Positions 18,227 to 29,092 of a stretch of DNA of 44,450 bases are shown one piece after another (position 1 is the stretch's first letter; every line of letters begins with the position of its first letter). Origin of the DNA: Escherichia phage vB_EcoP-101101UKE1. A program made the translations under genes and the position numbers. A model generated the notes under the pieces. That model saw nothing but the letters and a program-made list of their open reading frames with translations, ran no database searches and was not told the origin of the DNA. Location of the stretch: sequence record MZ234012.1; one strand, 5' to 3'.

Positions 18227-18436
18227 ATGGGTGTTGTAAAGAAAGCATTTAAGGCTATCGGTCTTGCTCAAGATGCACCACGTATTGAAGCCAAAGTCCC
18301 AGCACAGCAGCTTGAGCGTAAGCCTGAGACTGAAGCTGAAGATATTCAAATTGGTGCAGGTGGTGATGATGCGACTGCATCTGCAAAAGGTAAGCGCGGC
18401 CTTGTCCGTCCGGTAGCTTCTAGCTTGAAGGTGTAA
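18227..18436 (+). CDS. small protein upstream of portal (69 aa), possibly virion-associated
   Basis: Strong RBS taaggag. Placement analogous to T7 genes 6.7/7.3. Confidence 0.35.
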   Translation: MGVVKKAFKAIGLAQDAPRIEAKVPAQQLERKPETEAEDIQIGAGGDDATASAKGKRGLVRPVASSLKV

Positions 18437-18437
18437 T

Positions 18438-19988
18438 ATGAAACAGAGCACAGATTTGGAGTATGGAGGTAAGCGGTCTAAGATACCTAAGCTATGGGAG
18501 AAGTTCTCCACTAAACGTAGCTCTTTCCTTGATAGGGCGAAGCATTACTCCAAATTAACCTTGCCCTATCTGATGAATGACAAAGGTGATAACGAGACTT
18601 CGCAGAATGGATGGCAAGGTGTAGGTGCTCAGGCAACTAATCATCTAGCCAACAAGCTAGCGCAAGTACTATTCCCTGCACAGCGTTCCTTCTTCCGTGT
18701 AGACTTAACTGCACAAGGTGAGAAGGTTCTTAATCAGCGTGGCCTGAAGAAGACAGAGCTAGCTACCATCTTCGCTCAAGTGGAAACACGGGCAATGAAA
18801 GAGTTAGAGCAACGTCAATTCCGGCCTGCTGTAGTGGAAGCATTCAAGCATCTTATTGTTGCTGGTAGCTGTATGCTATACAAGCCGAGCAAAGGTGCAA
18901 TCAGTGCTATCCCAATGCATCACTACGTAGTTAACCGTGATACCAATGGCGACCTGTTAGACATTATCTTGCTACAAGAGAAAGCCTTACGTACCTTTGA
19001 CCCAGCTACACGTGCTGTAGTAGAGGTTGGCCTGAAAGGTAAGAAGTGCAAGGAAGATGACAGCGTTAAGCTGTACACACATGCTAAGTATCTTGGTGAT
19101 GGATTTTGGGAACTCAAGCAATCTGCGGATGATATCCCTGTGGGTAAGGTGAGTAAAATCAAATCAGAAAAGCTACCTTTCATCCCATTAACTTGGAAGC
19201 GAAGCTATGGTGAGGATTGGGGTCGCCCTCTTGCAGAGGATTACTCCGGTGATTTATTCGTTATCCAATTCTTATCTGAAGCGGTTGCCCGTGGTGCTGC
19301 GCTGATGGCAGATATCAAGTACCTGATTCGTCCGGGTGCTCAAACTGATGTTGACCACTTTGTTAACTCTGGCACTGGTGAGGTTGTCACTGGTGTAGAA
19401 GAAGACATCCATATTGTACAGTTAGGTAAGTACGCAGACCTCACACCTATTAGCGCGGTTCTAGAGGTATACACTCGCCGTATCGGTGTTGTCTTTATGA
19501 TGGAGACAATGACACGCCGTGACGCCGAACGTGTTACTGCTGTAGAAATCCAGCGAGATGCGTTAGAGATTGAGCAGAACATGGGTGGTGTATACTCCCT
19601 CTTTGCTACTACTATGCAATCGCCAGTAGCGATGTGGGGTCTGCTGGAGGCAGGGGAGTCCTTCACTAGTGACCTAGTGGACCCTGTGATTATCACAGGT
19701 ATTGAAGCTTTAGGACGCATGGCTGAGTTGGATAAACTGGCTAACTTTGCCCAGTATATGTCACTGCCATTACAATGGCCTGAGCCTGTCCTAGCTGCTG
19801 TGAAATGGCCTGACTATATGGATTGGGTGCGTGGTCAAATCTCTGCTGAACTGCCGTTCCTTAAATCGGCTGAAGAGATGGCACAAGAACAGGAAGCACA
19901 GATGCAAGCACAGCAAGCACAGATGCTTGAAGAAGGTGTGGCTAAGGCCGTGCCGGGTGTAATTCAACAAGAACTTAAGGAGGCGTAA
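18438..19988 (+). CDS. portal (head-tail connector) protein
   Basis: 516 aa, RBS gaaggtg, immediately upstream of scaffold and capsid genes as in T7 gene 8. Confidence 0.8.
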   Translation: MKQSTDLEYGGKRSKIPKLWEKFSTKRSSFLDRAKHYSKLTLPYLMNDKGDNETSQNGWQGVGAQATNHLANKLAQVLFPAQRSFFRVDLTAQGEKVLNQRGLKKTELATIFAQVETRAMKELEQRQFRPAVVEAFKHLIVAGSCMLYKPSKGAISAIPMHHYVVNRDTNGDLLDIILLQEKALRTFDPATRAVVEVGLKGKKCKEDDSVKLYTHAKYLGDGFWELKQSADDIPVGKVSKIKSEKLPFIPLTWKRSYGEDWGRPLAEDYSGDLFVIQFLSEAVARGAALMADIKYLIRPGAQTDVDHFVNSGTGEVVTGVEEDIHIVQLGKYADLTPISAVLEVYTRRIGVVFMMETMTRRDAERVTAVEIQRDALEIEQNMGGVYSLFATTMQSPVAMWGLLEAGESFTSDLVDPVIITGIEALGRMAELDKLANFAQYMSLPLQWPEPVLAAVKWPDYMDWVRGQISAELPFLKSAEEMAQEQEAQMQAQQAQMLEEGVAKAVPGVIQQELKEA

Positions 19989-20908
19989 TGTCTTTCTCAT
20001 TTACTGAACCGTCAACCACTCACCCTACTGCTGAAGAGGGTCCGGTAGAAACCAAGGAGGTAACAACTGATGCTGCTACTACTGATGTTCCTGCTGACGC
20101 TGGCACTGCTGTACAAGATGACAATGCTGGTGCACAACCTACTGAAGACACCGGAGGAGAAGCTTCTGGACAGCCTTCAGGAAAAGGAGACAATGGCGGA
20201 GAGAATGGTGAACCTAAGCCAGATGATACCGCGACCGACACTGAGGAAGTGCAATACTTCTTCGGAGAACATGAAGTAACAGTAGACATCCCACAGGATG
20301 TAACTGACAGCCTTAAAGAGAAAGGCATTGATGCCAAGCAGGTTGCCAAGGAACTCTATTCCAAAGGTGGCAAGTTTGAACTGTCAGATGCAACCAAGCA
20401 GAAATTGTATGATGCTTTTGGCAAGTTTGCGGTAGATGCTTACCTGTCAGGTCTTAAGGCTCAAAATGAAGCCTTCTTCCTGAAAGAAGCCAACGCAGCT
20501 AAAGAGTTGGAAGCAGCTAACACCCAACGCTTCTCTGATGTTTCTAAGGAAATTGGTGGCGAAGAAGGCTGGTCCCGTCTTGAGGAGTGGGCGCTTGAAA
20601 CGCTATCAGATGACGAACTCACGGCATTCAATGCGGTGATGGAGTCTGGCAACCAATACCTTCAGCAATATGCTGTGCGTGAACTAGAAAGCCGCCGGAA
20701 AGCTGCACAGGGTGATGACAAGCCAAACTTGATTGAACCCTCTGCACCTGCTGCTGCGTCTGAAGACAACGGCCCACTATCGCGTGAGCAGTACCTGCGT
20801 GAGATGATGACCCTTAGCTCTCGTTTCGGTACAGACAAGAAAGCGGCTGCTGAGTATCAGGCTAAACTGGATGCTCGCCGTCGTGCGGGGATGGCTCGCG
20901 GACTCTAA
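19988..20908 (+). CDS. capsid assembly scaffolding protein
   Basis: 306 aa, acidic and Ala/Glu-rich, RBS aaggagg, between portal and capsid. Confidence 0.7.
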   Translation: MSFSFTEPSTTHPTAEEGPVETKEVTTDAATTDVPADAGTAVQDDNAGAQPTEDTGGEASGQPSGKGDNGGENGEPKPDDTATDTEEVQYFFGEHEVTVDIPQDVTDSLKEKGIDAKQVAKELYSKGGKFELSDATKQKLYDAFGKFAVDAYLSGLKAQNEAFFLKEANAAKELEAANTQRFSDVSKEIGGEEGWSRLEEWALETLSDDELTAFNAVMESGNQYLQQYAVRELESRRKAAQGDDKPNLIEPSAPAAASEDNGPLSREQYLREMMTLSSRFGTDKKAAAEYQAKLDARRRAGMARGL

Positions 20909-20913
20909 TCAGT

Positions 20914-20936
20914 ATTTACTGGACACTATAGAAGGG
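20914..20936 (+). promoter_or_regulatory. phage RNAP promoter upstream of the capsid gene (ATTTACTGGACACTATAGAAGGG)
   Basis: Consensus match. A strong promoter before the capsid gene is typical of T7-like phages. Confidence 0.8.
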
Positions 20937-20984
20937 AGAAATGTCTCCCTAAAATATCACTTTGATTTATAAGGAGGTTTATTA

Positions 20985-22187
20985 ATGTCTACACCGAATA
21001 CTCTGACCAACGTTGCAGTCTCCGCTTCCGGTGAGGTAGACAGCCTGCTCATTGAGAAATTCAATGGTAAGGTGAATGAGCAGTACCTGAAAGGTGAGAA
21101 CATCATGTCCTACTTTGATGTTCAGACTGTTACTGGTACTAACACTGTAAGCAACAAATATTTGGGTGAAACCGAGTTGCAGGTTCTGGCACCGGGACAG
21201 TCTCCGGCTGCAACTTCTACTCAGGCCGATAAAAACCAACTGGTAATCGATGCCACTGTTATTGCTCGTAACACGGTTGCTCACCTGCATGATGTACAGG
21301 GTGACATTGATAGCCTGAAGCCGAAGCTGGCTACTAACCAAGCGAAGCAGCTGAAGAAGATGGAAGATGAAATGCTGATTCAGCAGATGCTGCTGGGCGG
21401 TATTGCCAACACTCAGGCTGAGCGTACTAATCCGCGTGTTAAAGGCCATGGCTTCTCTGTCAACGTAGAAGTTGCAGAAAGTGAAGCACTGGTCAACCCG
21501 CAGTATGTAATGGCGGCTGTAGAGTTTGCTCTGGAGCAGCAGCTTGAGCAGGAAGTAGACATCTCTGATGTAGCTATCCTGATGCCGTGGCGCTACTTCA
21601 ACGTACTGCGTGATGCAGACCGTATCGTTGACAAGAGCTACACAATTAGCCAGTCTGGTGCAACCATTCAGGGTTTTGTTCTGTCTTCTTACAACTGCCC
21701 TGTTATCCCGTCTAACCGCTTCCCTAAATACTCTGCTGGTCAGAAACATCACCTGCTGTCAAATGAAGACAACGGTTATCGTTATGACCCGACTGCAGTA
21801 ATGAATGGCGCTATCGCTGTACTGTTCACTGCTGATGCGCTGCTGGTTGGTCGTTCTATTGATGTAACCGGTGATATCTTCTATGAGAAGAAAGAGAAGA
21901 CCTATTACATTGACACCTTTATGTCTGAAGGTGCAATCCCTGACCGTTGGGAGGCAGTGTCTGTAGTTACCACCAAGCGAGAGACAAATGGCACGCCTAC
22001 CACTACTGCAACTCAGGCCGCACAGCATACTCAGGTTCTGAACCGTGCACAGCGTAAGGCTGTCTACGTCAAGAACGCTGCTCCGGCTGCCGCTGCTGCA
22101 AACCTGTCTGCTGAAGACTTGGTTGCTGCTGTTCGTGCTGTCATGGCTAATGACATTAAGCCGACTGCAATGAAGTCTGCTGAGTAA
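20985..22187 (+). CDS. major capsid protein
   Basis: 400 aa, strong RBS taaggagg, highly biased codon usage, own promoter upstream and terminator downstream. Confidence 0.8.
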   Translation: MSTPNTLTNVAVSASGEVDSLLIEKFNGKVNEQYLKGENIMSYFDVQTVTGTNTVSNKYLGETELQVLAPGQSPAATSTQADKNQLVIDATVIARNTVAHLHDVQGDIDSLKPKLATNQAKQLKKMEDEMLIQQMLLGGIANTQAERTNPRVKGHGFSVNVEVAESEALVNPQYVMAAVEFALEQQLEQEVDISDVAILMPWRYFNVLRDADRIVDKSYTISQSGATIQGFVLSSYNCPVIPSNRFPKYSAGQKHHLLSNEDNGYRYDPTAVMNGAIAVLFTADALLVGRSIDVTGDIFYEKKEKTYYIDTFMSEGAIPDRWEAVSVVTTKRETNGTPTTTATQAAQHTQVLNRAQRKAVYVKNAAPAAAAANLSAEDLVAAVRAVMANDIKPTAMKSAE

Positions 22188-22195
22188 TACCTATG

Positions 22196-22228
22196 CCCTA
22201 TCTACCTTGCGTAGGTAGGGTTCTTTTT
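22196..22228 (+). terminator. rho-independent terminator after the capsid gene (T-phi-like position)
   Basis: Hairpin ccctatctac...gtaggtaggg followed by ttcttttt. Confidence 0.7.
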
Positions 22229-22241
22229 GTTAGGAGGATTC

Positions 22242-22979
22242 ATGCCTGTAATTAAACAAACCAGTAAAGTAGGACACATGATGGAAGATGTGGCCTTCCA
22301 GATTATTGATAGCAAGCTTGAAGCGGTCAACTTGTGTATGCGAGCTATTGGTCGTGAGGGTGTGGATTCTCTCGACTCAGGCGATCTTGATGCAGAAGAT
22401 GCAAGTAAGATGATTGATATTGTATCCCAGCGCTTCCAGTATAACAAAGGCGGTGGCTGGTGGTTCAATCGTGAACCTAACTGGCAGCTTGCACCAGACA
22501 CGAACGGTGAGATTAACTTGCCTAATAACTGCCTAGCTGTATTGCAGTGCTACGCATTGGGTGAGAAGAAAGTGCCTATGACTATGCGTGCAGGTAAGCT
22601 TTACTCCACATGGAGTCACACCTTTGATATGCGCAAGCATGTTAATGCTAATGGCATGATTCGTCTTACCTTACTCACCTTACTACCCTACGAGCATCTA
22701 CCTACAAGTGTAATGCAGGCTATTGCCTATCAAGCTGCTGTAGAGTTTATTGTGTCTAAGGATGCAGATCAGACTAAGCTAGCCACTGCGCAGCAGATAG
22801 CCACTCAGCTTCTTATGGATGTACAATCTGAGCAAATGTCACAGAAGCGATTAAACATGCTGGTACATAACCCCACTCAGCGTCAGTTTGGTATCATGGC
22901 TGGTGGCTCTCAGAATGTACCTGCTTACTCTCATTCACCTTATGAAAGTTGGGCGCTCCGTCCGTGGGAGGATCGTTAA
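22242..22979 (+). CDS. tail tubular protein A (gp11-like)
   Basis: Position after capsid. RBS aggagga before ATG 22242; the track ORF opens at 22227. Confidence 0.7.
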   Translation: MPVIKQTSKVGHMMEDVAFQIIDSKLEAVNLCMRAIGREGVDSLDSGDLDAEDASKMIDIVSQRFQYNKGGGWWFNREPNWQLAPDTNGEINLPNNCLAVLQCYALGEKKVPMTMRAGKLYSTWSHTFDMRKHVNANGMIRLTLLTLLPYEHLPTSVMQAIAYQAAVEFIVSKDADQTKLATAQQIATQLLMDVQSEQMSQKRLNMLVHNPTQRQFGIMAGGSQNVPAYSHSPYESWALRPWEDR

Positions 22980-25381
22980 TGGAAGTACAAGGTTCATTAG
23001 GTAGACAAATCCAAGGTATTAGCCAGCAGCCGCCAGCGGTACGCTTGGATGGTCAGTGCACAGCTATGATTAATATGATACCTGATGTAGTGAATGGTAC
23101 TCAATCACGCATGGGTACAACTCATATTGCAAAGATACTTGATGCGGGGAATGATGACATGGCTACTCATCATTATCGCAGAGGTGATGGTGATGAAGAG
23201 TATTTCTTCACGTTGAAGAAAGGACAAGTTCCTGCGATATTTGATAAGTATGGGCGCAAATGTAATGTGACTTCACAAGATGCACCTATGGCTTACTTGG
23301 CTGAGGTGATAAACCCAAGAGAAGATGTGCAATTTATGACGATAGCTGATGTTACTTTCATGCTTAACCGCAGGAAGGTAGTTAAAGCTAGTAACAGAAA
23401 GTCACCCAAAGTTGGAAACAAAGCCATTGTGTTTTGTGCATATGGTCAATACGGTACATCTTATTCCATTGTAATTAATGGGGCCAACGCTGCTAGTTTT
23501 AAAACACCGGATGGTGGAAGTGCAGACCATGTTGAACAAATTCGAACTGAACGTATCACTTCTGAATTGTACTCTAAGTTACAGCAATGGAGCGGTGTGA
23601 GTGACTATGAAATACAAAGAGACGGTACTAGTATATTTATCGAGAGACGGGATGGTGCTAGCTTTACAATAACAACCACCGATGGTGCAAAAGGTAAGGA
23701 TTTAGTGGCTATCAAGAATAAAGTTAGCTCTACTGACCTACTCCCTTCTCGTGCGCCTGCGGGTTATAAAGTGCAAGTGTGGCCTACTGGCAGCAAACCT
23801 GAGTCTCGTTACTGGCTGCAAGCTGAGCCTAAAGAGGGAAACCTTGTATCTTGGAAAGAAACAATAGCTGCCGATGTATTACTTGGGTTTGATAAAGGCA
23901 CAATGCCTTATATCATTGAACGTACAGGTATCGTAGACGGCATAGCTCAATTCAAGATAAGACAAGGCGATTGGGAAGATCGTAAAGTAGGAGATGACCT
24001 GACTAACCCTATGCCTTCTTTTATTGATGAAGAAGTACCTCAGACAATAGGTGGGATGTTCATGGTGCAGAACCGCCTATGCTTTACAGCAGGTGAAGCT
24101 GTTATTGCTTCTCGTACATCATACTTCTTCGATTTCTTTCGTTATACGGTTATCTCTGCATTGGCAACTGACCCATTTGATATTTTCTCAGATGCTAGTG
24201 AAGTCTACCAGCTAAAACATGCAGTGACCTTAGATGGCGCTACCGTGTTGTTCTCTGATAAGTCACAATTCATACTGCCAGGAGATAAGCCTTTAGAGAA
24301 GTCAAATGCATTGCTTAAGCCTGTTACAACATTTGAAGTGAACAATAAAGTGAAGCCAGTAGTAACTGGTGAATCGGTAATGTTTGCCACTAATGATGGT
24401 TCTTACTCTGGTGTACGAGAGTTCTATACAGACTCTTATAGTGACACTAAGAAGGCACAAGCAATCACAAGTCATGTGAATAAACTCATCGAAGGTAACA
24501 TTACCAACATGGCAGCAAGCACCAATGTCAACAGGTTACTTGTCACTACCGATAAGTATCGTAACATAATCTACTGCTACGATTGGTTATGGCAAGGAAC
24601 AGACCGTGTACAATCAGCATGGCATGTATGGAAGTGGCCTATAGGTACAAAGGTGCGAGGTATGTTTTATTCTGGCGAATTACTTTACCTGCTCCTTGAG
24701 AGAGGTAATGGTGTCTATCTGGAGAAGATGGATATGGGTGATGCATTAACCTATGGTTTAAATGATCGCATCCGAATGGATAGACAGGCAGAGTTAATCT
24801 TCCAGCATTTCGAAGCAGAAGATGAATGGGTATCTGAACCGCTACCTTGGGTTCCTACTAACCCAGAACTTTTAGATTGCATCTTAATCGAGGGTTGGAA
24901 TTCATATATTGGTGGTTCTTTCCTATTCAAATACAACCCCGGTGATAACACCTTGTCTACAACCTTTGATATGCATGATGATAGCCACGTAAAAGCGAAG
25001 GTTATTGTTGGTCAGATTTACCCTCAAGAGTTTGAACCAACACCTGTAGTTATCAGAGATAGGCAAGACCGTGTATCCTATATTGATGTACCTGTTGTGG
25101 GATTAGTTCACCTTAATCTTGATATGTATCCTGATTTCTCCGTGGAGGTTAAGAATGTGAAGAGTGGTAAAGTACGCAGGGTGCTAGCGTCAAACCGGAT
25201 AGGTGGTGCTCTCAACAATACAGTAGGTTATGTTGAACCAAGAGAAGGTGTCTTCAGATTCCCACTGAGAGCTAAGAGTACGGATGCTGTTTATCGTATT
25301 ATTGTAGAATCACCTCACACATTCCAGCTTCGTGATATTGAGTGGGAAGGGAGCTACAATCCAACCAAAAGGAGGGTCTAA
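22979..25381 (+). CDS. tail tubular protein B (gp12-like)
   Basis: ~800 aa, TAATG-coupled to the tail tube A gene. Confidence 0.75.
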   Translation: MEVQGSLGRQIQGISQQPPAVRLDGQCTAMINMIPDVVNGTQSRMGTTHIAKILDAGNDDMATHHYRRGDGDEEYFFTLKKGQVPAIFDKYGRKCNVTSQDAPMAYLAEVINPREDVQFMTIADVTFMLNRRKVVKASNRKSPKVGNKAIVFCAYGQYGTSYSIVINGANAASFKTPDGGSADHVEQIRTERITSELYSKLQQWSGVSDYEIQRDGTSIFIERRDGASFTITTTDGAKGKDLVAIKNKVSSTDLLPSRAPAGYKVQVWPTGSKPESRYWLQAEPKEGNLVSWKETIAADVLLGFDKGTMPYIIERTGIVDGIAQFKIRQGDWEDRKVGDDLTNPMPSFIDEEVPQTIGGMFMVQNRLCFTAGEAVIASRTSYFFDFFRYTVISALATDPFDIFSDASEVYQLKHAVTLDGATVLFSDKSQFILPGDKPLEKSNALLKPVTTFEVNNKVKPVVTGESVMFATNDGSYSGVREFYTDSYSDTKKAQAITSHVNKLIEGNITNMAASTNVNRLLVTTDKYRNIIYCYDWLWQGTDRVQSAWHVWKWPIGTKVRGMFYSGELLYLLLERGNGVYLEKMDMGDALTYGLNDRIRMDRQAELIFQHFEAEDEWVSEPLPWVPTNPELLDCILIEGWNSYIGGSFLFKYNPGDNTLSTTFDMHDDSHVKAKVIVGQIYPQEFEPTPVVIRDRQDRVSYIDVPVVGLVHLNLDMYPDFSVEVKNVKSGKVRRVLASNRIGGALNNTVGYVEPREGVFRFPLRAKSTDAVYRIIVESPHTFQLRDIEWEGSYNPTKRRV

Positions 25382-26127
25382 TGGCTATAGGTTCAGCCGT
25401 TATGGCTGGTATGTCTTCTATTGGTAGTATGTTTGCAGGTAGCGGTGCAGCAGCCGCTGCTGGGGGTACTGCCGCAGCAGCAGGAGGGACAGCCGCCGCA
25501 GGTGGCGGAGGTTTGCTTGGCTCCCTTGGTAGTTTCTTAGGAGGTTCTTCTGCTGGCTTCTCTAATGCAGGGCTGCTTAGTGCAGGTATGCAAGGTCTTG
25601 GGCTTCTAGGCAATCTTTTTGGTGGAAGTGATGAAGCCAAAGCTATGAAGAAAGCTCAGGAGGAGCAATGGCGGCAGCAGTTAATTGCTACACAAGAAGC
25701 ATATAAGACAGTAGCAGATGCAGAACGCTCTGCTGCTAAACAGTATCATGCGGATGCAATAAGCAATCAGGCTTCACTGCTACAGCAAAGAGCGCAGGTT
25801 GCACTACTTGCAGGTGCAACTGGCACTGGTGGTAACTCTGTATCTTCTATGCTGAATGACTTAGCAGCAGAGGGCGGGAGGAACCAGAGTACAATTATTG
25901 ATAACTATGAGAATCAGAAGATTAACTTCACCAATCAGCTTAAGTCTATCCAGCGAGGTGGACAGATGCAGATGCGTGAGTTTAAGAAGCCTTCTGCCGT
26001 GAGCACCTTGGTGCAAGGTATACCGAGTCTGGCATCTGCCTATGTAACAGGTAGTAAGTCCGGCATGGCTTTAGGTAAAGCTTTAACTGACTCTCGTACA
26101 TATTCATCTGGAACAAGAGGTATTTAA
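25381..26127 (+). CDS. internal virion protein A (Gly/Ala-rich N-terminus)
   Basis: TAATG-coupled to the previous gene. First of three consecutive genes in the T7 gp14-16 position. Confidence 0.6.
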   Translation: MAIGSAVMAGMSSIGSMFAGSGAAAAAGGTAAAAGGTAAAGGGGLLGSLGSFLGGSSAGFSNAGLLSAGMQGLGLLGNLFGGSDEAKAMKKAQEEQWRQQLIATQEAYKTVADAERSAAKQYHADAISNQASLLQQRAQVALLAGATGTGGNSVSSMLNDLAAEGGRNQSTIIDNYENQKINFTNQLKSIQRGGQMQMREFKKPSAVSTLVQGIPSLASAYVTGSKSGMALGKALTDSRTYSSGTRGI

Positions 26128-29075
26128 TGGCAATTGAGCGACAAGCAGTACAAGGTCTGCCACAAGTGCAGGCCACTTCTCCTAATGTCATGACCTTTGC
26201 ACCTCAACAAGTGGGAGGTGTGGAGGCTGGCGTGGCTTCTACCTCCGGTAGTAGATTTATCGAAGACCTTATTCGTGCAGCCAGCAGCGTGGCTGATGTT
26301 ACCACTGGTATCCTTAATCAGAAGATTGAGGAAGATAAGGTTATTCAAATGGAGCGGGCATATAATGGATTAATGCCTTCTGAGGATGCAACTCGTGGTG
26401 GCGCTCGTGCTAACATGCTTGTCAAAGCTCAACTGCTAGCTAATGATGAAGCAGCACGAATGAAAGACATGGCTACTCGTTTCCAAGGGACGGATGACGA
26501 GTGGACACAACTTATGGTTGACTCTCGTAATGAGATGCAGAATAAGCTGTTCCAGCAATACCCTGAGTTGCAAGGTGACAAAGACACTATGCGTATGGTC
26601 ACTAATGTCTTCCAAGAACAGCAGCCTCAGATTTGGGCTACACGAACCCAGCATAAACTTGACCGTGAACAAGCAGACCGTGAGGATACCTTTGACGGGC
26701 GAGTGGCTTCTACTTGGGATTCTAATATTGACCCTGAAGCCTCTGGCTATGCTTTACAGGAACGAATCCGCGAAGGTCTTACTCAAGGATTACTACCTGA
26801 ACAGATGCACAAGAAGTTAGTCCAGCGAGCAATTTCACTTGCACAAGGCGGTGATGTTAGCATGGCTGAAGCCCTGAAGTATGTGAAGGACGATAAGGGT
26901 GTTTCTGTTTATGCTAAGAACCCACAGCTTATCACAGCCATCACTAGTGGTAATGCAGTTTGGGCTAGGAATAATGTAGCTGATGTAACTCGTATGTCTT
27001 TCGAGGTTAAAGAATCCTACCTTGCAGGTGATTTAACTGATGAAGAATTGTTGGAACGAGCACAGCACATTAATAATCTTACAGGTAACTCTGTCTTCTC
27101 TAATCCAGAACTAGAGGCACTGATGCGCCAACGGGCTAAGCAGAATGCAGAGCTAGGTGCAATGCAGGATATGCGACGTGAGCTTTACTCCGATCGCCTG
27201 ACTGGCTTCCAAGGTAAGACTGATAAAGAGAAGAAGGCTTACATTGATGTTATCAAACAAGATAGCCAACTTTATGCAGACCAGCAAATCAAACAACGTG
27301 GCTTGGACCCTTACAGTCAAGAGGCTGAAGCTATTCGTGGTGCAGTGGAAGTGCAGCGCCTGCAATTCATGAACTCCAAAGGCTTAGTGGATGATACCTT
27401 TGAGTCTCGTATCAAAGCCATGGAATCTATACTATCGCCTGAGCACTTTGCCAAGGGCGAACCACAAGAGTTGATGACTATTCGCCAGTTGTGGGAACAG
27501 TTGCCAGAAGAGAGCCGAGGTGTCTTTGGTGACACGGTGAATGGCTACATGGATAACTACAACACTGCACTACAAATGGGAGAGACACCTTTGCAGGCTG
27601 CAAGGTTTGCGCGTGAAGCACAGCAGAAATTCTCTCGTACTGAGAAGGAAACCAAGAAGTTCAACTCAGCTATTGGAGATGCACTGGATGAGGTATCTGG
27701 TGCTGGCTGGTTCGATGGTAAAACCGAAGTGTCAGACTTAGGTAAAGCTATTGCAGAAGAGGAGTTACGAGCTAAGGCTAATATGCTGTGGTCTAGTGGT
27801 ATGCGTAACATGGATTCCATCAAGAAGGCTTTAATTACTTGGGGCAGTAAACGCTACACTCAATCAGAGGATGCAAAGACTTCCGGTGGCTATTTCATTA
27901 AAGGTGATTACACTTCTGCATCTGATATGCTTATGTCAGTTGGGAAAGGCGTAAACCCTACCGATGTACCTCTGGCGCTTGGTAGGTATGTAGAAACACA
28001 GATGCCAGAATTGAAGAAGGAGCTTCAAGAGTGGGAAACTAAAGATGATATATACATTGATTACAATGAACAGAAAGGAACTTTTGTGATTCGTGCTGGT
28101 GCAGCAGGTCGCCCTCTTTCTGGAGTAATCCCTGTAACCTCTTTAGATACCACTTCACTACTAGATTCTGCCTATCAGAAGAAAGTAGAGGCACGAGATA
28201 AAGGCGAGTATGTTCACCCGTATCGTACAGATATTGGTGCACAAGAGCCTATGCCAGCTAAACCAACTGCCAAAGATATTGGTAAATTTGGACTAGCTAA
28301 CTTCCTCATGTCTTCTGCTTTTGCTTCTGGTGAGAATCTGCCTTCTAACTTCGAGATTAACTATCGAGGTAATATGCAACAATTCTATGACAAGCTAGCT
28401 ATGGATGAGAATAAAGATAAAGTTGGCTTTAATAAGGCAACTGGAACCTTTACTCCATATAAAGACGCTCGCGGTGAGTCTATCGGTTACGGTCATTTCT
28501 TAACGGAAGAAGAGAAGCGAAACGGGTATATTAAGATTGGTGATGAACTAGTTCCCTATCGAGGGTCTATGTCTCAGCTTACAGAGAGCAAGGCTCGCGC
28601 TCTTATGGAGCAAGATGCTAAGAAGCATGTGCCTCCTACTCGTGACTGGAAGATTCCGTTTGACCAGATGCATCCTGCACAGCAACGTGGCTTAATGGAT
28701 TTAACCTACAATTTAGGTAAAGGTGGAATCCAGAACTCACCGCGTGCTCTTGCTGCATTCAAAGCTGGTAGGCTTACGGAAGGCTTTATCGAAATGCTGG
28801 GTACTGCATCAAGTGAAGGTAAGCGTATTCCGGGCCTACTGAAGCGACGCGCTGAGGCATACAATATGGCATCTGCTGGTGGTGTGCCTAAGATTACCGA
28901 AGTGGAGACTCGTGAAGATGGCTCCATGTGGGTTAGGTTTGGTGGACCTATGCCAGCAGGTTCTGTCTCGGCATGGACTCATAAACGTATTGGCGCGGAT
29001 GGTTGGTATCAGGTTTATGAGGCTGCACCTACCAAGTTAGCTAAAGGTTCTAAGGTGGGTAAATTTAAGTTGTAG
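26127..29075 (+). CDS. internal virion (ejection) protein B with C-terminal lysozyme-like domain
   Basis: 982 aa. C-terminal region ...ESIGYGHFLTEEEK...LMDLTYNLGKGG... resembles T4-type lysozyme folds. Confidence 0.7.
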   Translation: MAIERQAVQGLPQVQATSPNVMTFAPQQVGGVEAGVASTSGSRFIEDLIRAASSVADVTTGILNQKIEEDKVIQMERAYNGLMPSEDATRGGARANMLVKAQLLANDEAARMKDMATRFQGTDDEWTQLMVDSRNEMQNKLFQQYPELQGDKDTMRMVTNVFQEQQPQIWATRTQHKLDREQADREDTFDGRVASTWDSNIDPEASGYALQERIREGLTQGLLPEQMHKKLVQRAISLAQGGDVSMAEALKYVKDDKGVSVYAKNPQLITAITSGNAVWARNNVADVTRMSFEVKESYLAGDLTDEELLERAQHINNLTGNSVFSNPELEALMRQRAKQNAELGAMQDMRRELYSDRLTGFQGKTDKEKKAYIDVIKQDSQLYADQQIKQRGLDPYSQEAEAIRGAVEVQRLQFMNSKGLVDDTFESRIKAMESILSPEHFAKGEPQELMTIRQLWEQLPEESRGVFGDTVNGYMDNYNTALQMGETPLQAARFAREAQQKFSRTEKETKKFNSAIGDALDEVSGAGWFDGKTEVSDLGKAIAEEELRAKANMLWSSGMRNMDSIKKALITWGSKRYTQSEDAKTSGGYFIKGDYTSASDMLMSVGKGVNPTDVPLALGRYVETQMPELKKELQEWETKDDIYIDYNEQKGTFVIRAGAAGRPLSGVIPVTSLDTTSLLDSAYQKKVEARDKGEYVHPYRTDIGAQEPMPAKPTAKDIGKFGLANFLMSSAFASGENLPSNFEINYRGNMQQFYDKLAMDENKDKVGFNKATGTFTPYKDARGESIGYGHFLTEEEKRNGYIKIGDELVPYRGSMSQLTESKARALMEQDAKKHVPPTRDWKIPFDQMHPAQQRGLMDLTYNLGKGGIQNSPRALAAFKAGRLTEGFIEMLGTASSEGKRIPGLLKRRAEAYNMASAGGVPKITEVETREDGSMWVRFGGPMPAGSVSAWTHKRIGADGWYQVYEAAPTKLAKGSKVGKFKL

Positions 29076-29092
29076 TATCTAACTCAAGGCTT

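Noticed and set aside
20982-21752. 256-aa ORF on the minus strand
   Set aside because: Antisense to the major capsid gene, with no translation signals. Treated as a spurious reading frame.
22188-22241. Programmed -1 frameshift extension of the capsid gene (T7 10A/10B-like)
   Set aside because: Only ~50 nt separate the capsid stop from the next gene and the gap is filled by a terminator hairpin, leaving no room for a 10B-type extension.
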